Assembly (NCBI GenBank): GCA_025934255.1
Contig: JAICYJ010000005.1
Span: 3,876-67,875 of the forward strand
Source: Thermoleophilia bacterium
GTDB lineage: Bacteria; Actinomycetota; Thermoleophilia; Gaiellales; JAICJC01
DNA length: 64,000 nucleotides
Reading direction: 5' to 3'
Position 1 is the first letter of the stretch. Each line of letters begins with the position of its first letter. The notes under the pieces are model-generated. The model saw only the letters and a list, made by a program, of their open reading frames with translations. It was not told the origin of the DNA and did no database searches. Below are positions 55,216 to 64,000 of the stretch, in pieces. The position numbers and the translations under genes are program-made.

Positions 55216-56796
55216 TCAGCCGGCCGCGACCTGAGCGGCGCCGGCCACGCCCAGCCGCTCCAGCAGGTGGTCGCCCACGCGCAGCGCGTTGGCCATCGCC
55301 GTCAGCGCCGGGTTGACCGCGCTGATGCTCGGGAAGAAGCTGGTGTCGACCACGTACAGGTTGTCCAGCTCGTGGGCGCGGCAGTTGGGGTCGAGCGCCG
55401 AGCTGTCCGGGTCGTCGCCGAAGCGGCAGGTGCCGGCCTGGTGGGCGACTCCCGCAACCGGGATCGCCGTCTTCAGGTACGCGTGGCGTGGCACCAGGTG
55501 GTGCGGGTGCATGCCGAGGTCGCCCAGCATCGACTTCAGCTGGTGGTACAGCCGGTCGCGCGCCCCCTCGTTGGCAGGGGTGTATGCCAGGTGGATCCGG
55601 CCCTGGTCGTCGACCGTGACCCGGTTGTCGGCCGACGGCAGATCCTCGGTCGAGAGCCAGAAGTCGACGGCGTGCTCGGCGATGTTGCGGAGCGTCCGCT
55701 CCGGTGCCAGCGTCGTCTCCAGCGGCTTCTCGCCGCGGTACATCTCGGCCGTGGACTTGCCCACCATCTGGATGTTGCCCATCGGGAAGTCGAAGCCGTC
55801 GCTGCCGAAGTAGAAGTCGTTCAGCCCCAGCGTCTTCTGGAACACCGTCGGGTTCGGCTCTTCCGAGAGCGCCAGCACGGCCTGGCTGTTGTGGAACATG
55901 TAGTTGCGGCCGACCTGGTCGGAGCCGTTGGCGAGGCCGCGCGGGTGCTTGTCGCCGGCCGAGGCCAGCAGCAGGGCGGCGGTGTTGGCCGCGCCGCACG
56001 ACACGACCACGATGTCGGCCGAGTACTCCTCGCGCTGCTCCCCGCGCATCGCCACGACGCGGGTGACCTGGCGGCCGCCCGCGTCGGTCTCGAGCTTGAC
56101 GGCGCGGGCGTTCGTCAGCATCGTCACGTTCGGGTGCTCGAGCGCAGGCCGCACCGCCATCACCTCGGCGTCCGACTTCGCGTGCACCAGGCAGGGGAAG
56201 CCGTCGCAGGTGCCACAGCGCACGCAGCGGCTGTAGGGCATGTCGGCCTCGTTCAGCAGCACGCCGCAGGGGGCGTGGAACGGGTGCAGCCCGATCCGCT
56301 CGAGATCGTCGGAGAGCTGCTGGATGCGCGGCTCGTGGCTGAGCGCGGGGAACGGGTAGGGGGCGCTCGAGGGCCCCTCGGTGGGATCCTCACCGCGCGC
56401 CCCGTGCACGCCGTAGAGCTGCTCGGCCTGGGTGTAGTAGGGCTCCATCTGGTCGTAGGAGATCGGCCACGCCGGCGACGTGCCGCCGTGGTGCTGCAGC
56501 TCGCCGAAGTCCTCCGGCCTGAACCGGTAGAGGGCCGCCCCGTACAGCTTGGTCGCGCCGCCCACGAAGTAGTGCACCTGCGGTTGGAACTGCTTGCCGT
56601 CGCGATCGATCCAGGTGTCCGGCGAGATGTAGCGGCTGTCCACGAACACGGCGTGGTCCGACCAGTTCGGCGGCTCCCGTGCCAGCCAGTCGCCGCGCTC
56701 GAGCAGCAGGATGCGCTTGCCGGACGGGGCGAGGCGGTGCGCGAGCGTGCCGCCGCCGGCGCCGCTGCCGATGATGATGACGTCGTAGGCATCCAC
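55216..56796 (-). CDS. GMC family oxidoreductase
   Basis: IIGSGAGG, VGGATKLYG, CVRCGTCDGFPC, HQAGT, YVVDTSFFP, NPALT. Confidence 0.9.
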   Translation of the reverse strand: MDAYDVIIIGSGAGGGTLAHRLAPSGKRILLLERGDWLAREPPNWSDHAVFVDSRYISPDTWIDRDGKQFQPQVHYFVGGATKLYGAALYRFRPEDFGELQHHGGTSPAWPISYDQMEPYYTQAEQLYGVHGARGEDPTEGPSSAPYPFPALSHEPRIQQLSDDLERIGLHPFHAPCGVLLNEADMPYSRCVRCGTCDGFPCLVHAKSDAEVMAVRPALEHPNVTMLTNARAVKLETDAGGRQVTRVVAMRGEQREEYSADIVVVSCGAANTAALLLASAGDKHPRGLANGSDQVGRNYMFHNSQAVLALSEEPNPTVFQKTLGLNDFYFGSDGFDFPMGNIQMVGKSTAEMYRGEKPLETTLAPERTLRNIAEHAVDFWLSTEDLPSADNRVTVDDQGRIHLAYTPANEGARDRLYHQLKSMLGDLGMHPHHLVPRHAYLKTAIPVAGVAHQAGTCRFGDDPDSSALDPNCRAHELDNLYVVDTSFFPSISAVNPALTAMANALRVGDHLLERLGVAGAAQVAAG

Positions 56797-56798
56797 CG

Positions 56799-58690
<1,892 letters not shown>

Positions 58691-58694
<4 letters not shown>

Positions 58695-60121
58695 GTCGCC
58701 ACCCACGGGTCGTGCCAGCGGCCGTGTCCGGCGATCAGGTCGTCGGCCGCCTTCGGGCCCCACGATCCCGGCGTGTAGGGATGCACCGGCGGCGGGTCAT
58801 CCAGCAGCGGCTGCATCACCCGCCACGTCTCCTCGACGCAGTCCTGCCTGGTGAAGCGCATGCTGTCACCCTGCATGGCCGCGTGCAGCAGCACCTCGTA
58901 CGGCGTCGGGCCCTCGCCGCCCTCCGCACCGAACTCCATGTCCAGCGTGATCGGCGCGATCCGCGTGGCGTCGGCGCGGTGCGCGTCCAGCACGATTCGC
59001 ACGCCGGTGGACGGGTCGAGCTTCATCACCAGCTGGTTGGGCTCCGGGCCGGGATTGCCGCGCTCCGCGTAGCCGAGCTTCGGCGGCCTGCGGAACACCA
59101 GCCGCATCTCGGTCTGGGTAACGGGCAGCAGCTTGCCGGTGCGGATGTAGAACGGCACGCCCGCCCACCGCCAGTTGTCGATGTCGAGGCGCAGCGCCGC
59201 GTAGGTCTCGGTCGACGAGTCCTCGGCCACGCCGTCGATCGAGCGGTAGCCGTCGTGCTGCCCGCGCACGTAGTGCGAGGGCGACGCCGGGGCGATCGCC
59301 CGGAACAGGGTCAGCTTGGCGTCCTTCAGCGTCTTTGCGTCGGTCCCGGCCAGCGGCTCCATGGCGGTGGCAGCCACCAGCTGCATCAGGTGGTTCACCA
59401 CCACGTCGCGCAGGGCCCCCACCGGATCGTAGAAGTGCCCGCGATCCGCGACGCCGAACGACTCCGCCATGGTGATCTGCACGGATGCGATCTGCTGCCG
59501 GTTCCACAGCGGCTCCAGCATCGAGTTGCGGAAGCGCAGGATCAGCAGCTCCTCGATGCCCATCTTGCCGAGGAAGTGGTCGATCCGGTAGAGCTGCGAC
59601 TCGTCAAGGTACTGGTGCAGCTCGGCCGCGAGCGCGCGCGCCGACGCCAGGTCGTGGCCGAACGGCTTCTCGACGACCACCCGGGCGCCGTCAAGCAGCC
59701 CCGCCTGGGACAGGCCGCCCACCACACGGCCGAACAGGAACGGCGGGATCTCGAGGTAGAAGACGGGCGTCTCGATGCCGGACAGGGCCTGTCCCACCTG
59801 CTCGTAGATGGCGGCGTCGTTGAAGTCGCCCTGGTGGTAGGAGAGCCGTGCGGCAAACCGGTCGAACACGGCCTCGTCGACGGTCTGTTCGATCGCCGCG
59901 ATGCATTCGTGGGCGTGCTTGCGGAGGCGGTCGATGGTCCAGTCGTCGGCCGCGACGCCGATGATCGGGCAGTCCAGCAGGCCCCGTGCCTCGAGACGGT
60001 AGAGCGAGTCCAGCGTCATCACCCGGGCCAGGTCGCCGGTGATGCCGAACACCACGAGTGCCCCGGCCTGTGCCGTGCTGTCGTGGGCTGTGCGTGTGCT
60101 GAGTGTCTGTGTAGTGGTCAC
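58691..60121 (-). CDS. zwf: Glucose-6-phosphate 1-dehydrogenase
   Basis: FGITGDL, VEKPFG, YRIDHFLGK, RDVVVNH, RWAGVPFYIRTGK; GTG 60121 start inferred. Confidence 0.92.
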
Positions 60122-60206
60122 GCGGGCACCGTGCCACCCGGCCGATCGGGCCGCGTCATCCAACCGGGATGAAGCGGTATGACCCAACTCGGTTCACCAT
60201 CACCGC

Positions 60207-61511
60207 ATCGCCGCCAACGCACCACAACGCTCGCGAGTCGTCATCGTCGGAGCCGGCTTCGGCGGGCTGTTCGCGGCTCGCTTCCTGCGGCGGGCTCCGG
60301 TCGACGTGACGGTGGTCGACAAGACCAACCACCATCTGTTCCAGCCCCTGCTCTATCAGGTCGCAACCGGCATCCTGTCGGAGGGGGCGATCGCGCCCGC
60401 CACCCGTGACGTGCTGCGCCGCCACCGCAACGTCTCGGTGCTGATGGCCGAGGTGACCGGGTTCGACCTGGAGGCGCGGGTGGTTCGCTGCCGGCAACCG
60501 GACGGACGCCCGCTGACGCTGCCGTACGACAGCCTGGTGGTCGCGGCCGGCGCCGGCGGTTCGTACTTCGGGCACGACGAGTTCGCGGAGTGGGCGCCCG
60601 GCATGAAGACGCTGGATGATGCGGTCCGGCACCGCACACGGATCCTGGGCGCGCTGGAGATGGCCGAGCTGGAGGAGGATGACGACGTCCGCGCCGCCTG
60701 GCTGACGTTCGTGATCGTCGGCGGGGGCCCCACCGGGGTCGAGATCGCCGGGCAGATAGCGGAGCTGGGTCGCCGGGCGATCGGCCACAGCTTCACCCGG
60801 TTCGGGCCGAACGACGTGCGGGTGATCCTGTGCGACGGCGGCAAGGAGATCCTGGCCACCTTCGGCGACCGCCTGTCGCAGCACGCAACCCAGGGCCTGG
60901 AGCGCACGGGCGTCGAGATCCGCACCGAGGCGATCGTCCAGAACGTCGACGCGACGGGCGTCGAGGTCCGCTCCGCCGACGGGTCGACCACGAAGATCGC
61001 TTCCAGGACGGTTATCTGGGCTGCGGGCGTCGCGGCCTCGCCGCTGGCCCGGATGCTGGCCGACGCGTCCGGTGCGCAGTGCGACCGGGCCGGCCGCATC
61101 GCGGTGCAGCCGGACTGCTCGCTGCCCGGGCACCCGGAGGTGTTTGCGATCGGCGACATGATGTCGCTGAACGGCCTGCCGGGGGTGGCCGAGGTGGCCA
61201 TGCAGACGGGCATCCACGCCGCCCGCACCATCAGCGGACGCCTCAAGGGCCAGGAGGCAAAGCCGTTCAAGTACCGCGACCTGGGCAGCATGGCGACCAT
61301 CTCACGCCGGCGGGCGATCGTCAGCTTCCGCGGCATCCGGCTGCATGGCTACCTGGGCTGGCTGGCCTGGCTGACGGTGCACATCACGTTCATGACCGGC
61401 TTCAAGAACCGGTTCGCGGCGCTCGTGTCCTGGAGCTTCGCGTTCCTTGGTCACAGCCGCCCGCAGCAGGTGATCGACGAGCAGCGGATGCCCGGGCGGA
61501 CGCCTAGATAG
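60207..61511 (+). CDS. ndh: Type II NADH dehydrogenase; no canonical start upstream of the first Rossmann motif (ATC at 60207 proposed)
   Basis: RVVIVGAGFGG, HLFQPLLYQVA, IVGGGPTGVE, AIGD, AMQTG, YRDLGSMATI; in-frame TGA at 60180. Confidence 0.82.
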   Translation: MAANAPQRSRVVIVGAGFGGLFAARFLRRAPVDVTVVDKTNHHLFQPLLYQVATGILSEGAIAPATRDVLRRHRNVSVLMAEVTGFDLEARVVRCRQPDGRPLTLPYDSLVVAAGAGGSYFGHDEFAEWAPGMKTLDDAVRHRTRILGALEMAELEEDDDVRAAWLTFVIVGGGPTGVEIAGQIAELGRRAIGHSFTRFGPNDVRVILCDGGKEILATFGDRLSQHATQGLERTGVEIRTEAIVQNVDATGVEVRSADGSTTKIASRTVIWAAGVAASPLARMLADASGAQCDRAGRIAVQPDCSLPGHPEVFAIGDMMSLNGLPGVAEVAMQTGIHAARTISGRLKGQEAKPFKYRDLGSMATISRRRAIVSFRGIRLHGYLGWLAWLTVHITFMTGFKNRFAALVSWSFAFLGHSRPQQVIDEQRMPGRTPR

Positions 61512-63165
61512 CCGCGGCCGACGTCACCCGGCCGGCATCCAGCGCGACCACCTGGTCGACGGCGTTCAGGCCCTCGCTGCGATGCGTGATCAAGAGCACC
61601 GCGGCGTCCCCGGCGGCTGCGAACACGTCGGCCATCAACGCCTCGGCGGTGGCGGCGTCCAGATGCGCGGTCGGCTCGTCCAGCACCAGCACGGGAGCGT
61701 CCCGGAGCAGCGCTCTCGCCAGCACCAGCCGCTGGCGCTGGCCGCCCGAGAGCCGGCGCCCCTCCTCGCCGACAAGGGTGTCGATCCCGTCCGGCAGCCC
61801 GTCCACCCAGGCCGCCAGCCGCGTCCGTGCCAGGACGGCCCGCAGCTGATCCTCGGTGGCGTCCGGCCGGGCGAGCAGCAGGTTGTGGCGGATCGTCGAG
61901 TTGAACAGGTGGGCGCCCTGGCCGACCAGCGAGAACATCGCGCGCACGTCCGACTGGCGGTGGTCGCGCGCGTCGTTGCCGTCGAACAGGAGGGCGCCCG
62001 CCTCTGGATCGAGGAACCGCAGCAGCACGTTGGTGACGGTCGTCTTACCGGATCCGCTGGTGCCGACCAGCGCCACGCGGCCACCAGGCTCCAGCCGCAG
62101 ATCGACCTGCTCCAGCACCGGCCGTGGTGATCCGGGGTAGCGGGCGGTGACGCCGGCCAGCTCGATCGTCGCGTCGCGGGGCGGCGACGGCAGCTGTGCG
62201 CCGGGGTCGGTGATCACGGGCCGCCGGGAGGTGAGGTCGAGCACGCGCCGCCCGGCCGCGGTGATGACGGCCAGCTCACGTGCGGCCCGAGGGACCGGCG
62301 CGACCGCCTCGAACGCCGCCAGGGCGAGCAGCGTGACGGTCGCGACCAGCACCGGGTCGAGCGACCCGCTCGCCCGTGCCCCCACCGCTGCGGCCAGCAC
62401 GGCTGCGGTCGTGAGGCCGGCGGCCAGCATCACCAGCGCATCTGCCAGGCCGGCCCTGACGGCATCGCGCCGGGTCAGCGCCGCCAGCTCCCGGTCGAGC
62501 TCCGCGACCGCCTCGGCGCGTGACCCGGCCGCGCCGAAGGCGACGATCTCCGGTGCGGCACGCAGCAGCTCGACCAGCTGGGAGGACAGCTGCGCCCGAG
62601 CGGCCGCCAGGCGGGCGGACGGCTCGCGGCTCCAGCGTGCTGCCAGCGCGGGCACCGCCAGGCCGGCGACCGCCAGTCCGGCCGCCAGGATCGCGCCGGC
62701 GGCCGGCAGCATCACGGCCGCTGCGACGACGCACAGCGCGGCCACGGCGAGGCCGCTCAGCGGCGGGCACAGCCCGCGCACGTAGAGCCCGTCCAGCCGG
62801 TCGACGTCGCCGACCATGCGAGCGACCAGGTCGCCCCGGCGGAAGCCGTCCAGCTGGCCGGGGGCGAGCGGCTCGATCCGCGCGAAGAAGCGCGACCTGA
62901 TCGTGCCCAGCGACCGCAGCGCCAGATCGTGTGACACCAGCCGGTCGATGTAGCGCGCCAGCGGACGGGTCAGGCCCAGGAACCGCACGATCACGATCGT
63001 CACGGTCAGCGCCAGCACCGGCGGCCGCTCCGCCGCGCGCGAGATCAGGTAGCCGGAGGTTGCGATCAGCGCGACGCCGAGGGAGGTGGCCACCGCACCC
63101 AGGGCGACCACCACGCCCAGCCGTGGCCGCGACACGCCCGACAGGTCAACCAGCCGGCCGATCAT
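61504..63165 (-). CDS. cydC: Thiol-reductant ABC exporter subunit CydC
   Basis: SGYLISRAA, RYIDRLVSHD, GTSGSGKT, LSGGQRQR, LDEPT; ATGA overlap with cydD. Confidence 0.88.
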   Translation of the reverse strand: MIGRLVDLSGVSRPRLGVVVALGAVATSLGVALIATSGYLISRAAERPPVLALTVTIVIVRFLGLTRPLARYIDRLVSHDLALRSLGTIRSRFFARIEPLAPGQLDGFRRGDLVARMVGDVDRLDGLYVRGLCPPLSGLAVAALCVVAAAVMLPAAGAILAAGLAVAGLAVPALAARWSREPSARLAAARAQLSSQLVELLRAAPEIVAFGAAGSRAEAVAELDRELAALTRRDAVRAGLADALVMLAAGLTTAAVLAAAVGARASGSLDPVLVATVTLLALAAFEAVAPVPRAARELAVITAAGRRVLDLTSRRPVITDPGAQLPSPPRDATIELAGVTARYPGSPRPVLEQVDLRLEPGGRVALVGTSGSGKTTVTNVLLRFLDPEAGALLFDGNDARDHRQSDVRAMFSLVGQGAHLFNSTIRHNLLLARPDATEDQLRAVLARTRLAAWVDGLPDGIDTLVGEEGRRLSGGQRQRLVLARALLRDAPVLVLDEPTAHLDAATAEALMADVFAAAGDAAVLLITHRSEGLNAVDQVVALDAGRVTSAAAI

Positions 63166-64000
63166 GACGCCGCCGCCCCCAGCCGCACGATGCGGTCGGC
63201 TCGGGACGCGAGCTCGTCGTCGTGTGCGATCACCAGTACCGTCCGGCCCTGCCGGCAGCGGTCGACGGCCGCGCGCACGAGCTCGGCGCTGGCCGGATCG
63301 AGGTTGGCGGTCGGCTCGTCCAGGATCAGCAGCGGCGCGTCGCGCAGCAGCGCCCGGGCCAGGGCGATCCGCTGCGTCTCCCCGGCCGACAGCGGGCGGC
63401 CGCCGTCTCCGACCGTCGTCTCGTATCCGGCCGGCAGCTCCGAGATGAACTCGGCGGCACCGGCCGCCTCGGCGGCGTCGCGCACGAGCTCGTCCCCGGC
63501 GTCCGGGGCACCCAGCCGGATGTTGTCGGCGATCGAGCCGTGCAGCAGCGTCGGATGCTGCGGCAGCCACGCGATCCCTCGCCGCCATTGATCCGGGTCG
63601 CAGGCGGCGATGTCGGTGCCGCCGGCCAGGATCCGCCCCTCGCTGGGCTCCGCCAGGCGCAGCAACAGGCGCGCGACCGTGCTCTTGCCGCTGCCGCTGG
63701 AGCCGACCAGCGCAACCGTCTCTCCCGGCGCCAGCTCGAGCCCGACCTGCTCGAGCGCCGCCCGGCCGGCCCGCGGATAGCGGAAGCTGACCCGGTCGAA
63801 ACGGACGGTGGCCGCGGCCGGGATCGGCGACGATGCCGCCACGGGTGCGGGCAGCGCGGCGGCGTCCAGCAGCCGCCCGGCCACCGCCGTCCCGTCGGCC
63901 CCGGCATGGAACTGGGACGCCAGGTTGCGCAGCGGCAGGTACAGCTCGGGCGCCAGCAGCAGCACCGTCAGCGCCGCCTCGAATTCGATGTCGCCCTCCA
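63162..64000 (-). CDS. cydD: Thiol-reductant ABC exporter subunit CydD (5' part outside window)
   Basis: LLLAPELYLPLR, GSSGSGKS, LSAGETQR, LDEPTANLD; frame open to the window edge. Confidence 0.85.
   Translation of the reverse strand, partial: EGDIEFEAALTVLLLAPELYLPLRNLASQFHAGADGTAVAGRLLDAAALPAPVAASSPIPAAATVRFDRVSFRYPRAGRAALEQVGLELAPGETVALVGSSGSGKSTVARLLLRLAEPSEGRILAGGTDIAACDPDQWRRGIAWLPQHPTLLHGSIADNIRLGAPDAGDELVRDAAEAAGAAEFISELPAGYETTVGDGGRPLSAGETQRIALARALLRDAPLLILDEPTANLDPASAELVRAAVDRCRQGRTVLVIAHDDELASRADRIVRLGAAAS

Overview
A very GC-rich, gene-dense bacterial window. Gene content and style suggest an actinobacterium, possibly Thermoleophilia-like (inference only). I recognised no rRNA, tRNA, CRISPR array or transposase. 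The dominant element is a ~25-kb methylated-amine catabolic island (3.7-28.5 kb). It holds two non-pyrrolysine MttB-family methyltransferases, a close trimethylamine dehydrogenase (TMADH) homolog, and a fully split methionine-synthase-like corrinoid module (Hcy methyltransferase, corrinoid protein, pterin-binding methyltransferase, ASKHA/RACo activase, MTHFR, DUF1638, PF13769-like small protein). It also has a CYP151-like P450 plus ferredoxin co-transcribed with one MttB, a Zn-ADH plus GFA pair, a dimethylglycine oxidase/dehydrogenase-like gene in an operon with etfB-etfA and a membrane Fe-S ETF oxidoreductase, and IclR, MarR and GntR regulators with visible operator palindromes. Downstream are a DUF4242 / large LuxR-ATPase / BBE-oxidase module, a sulfite-oxidase-family enzyme, an orphan sugar-ABC ATPase, a sarcosine-oxidase-like gene, a Dpp/Opp ABC operon and a SigG-like ECF module. 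These are followed by a stand-alone LigD phosphoesterase, a DUF1275 pseudogene, a family-1 encapsulin with ferritin-like cargo, a ClC-RDD-GMC-GH15-zwf block, ndh (no canonical start upstream of its Rossmann motif) and cydC/cydD (truncated by the window end). Family assignments come from motif recognition and recalled sequences; no database search was run.
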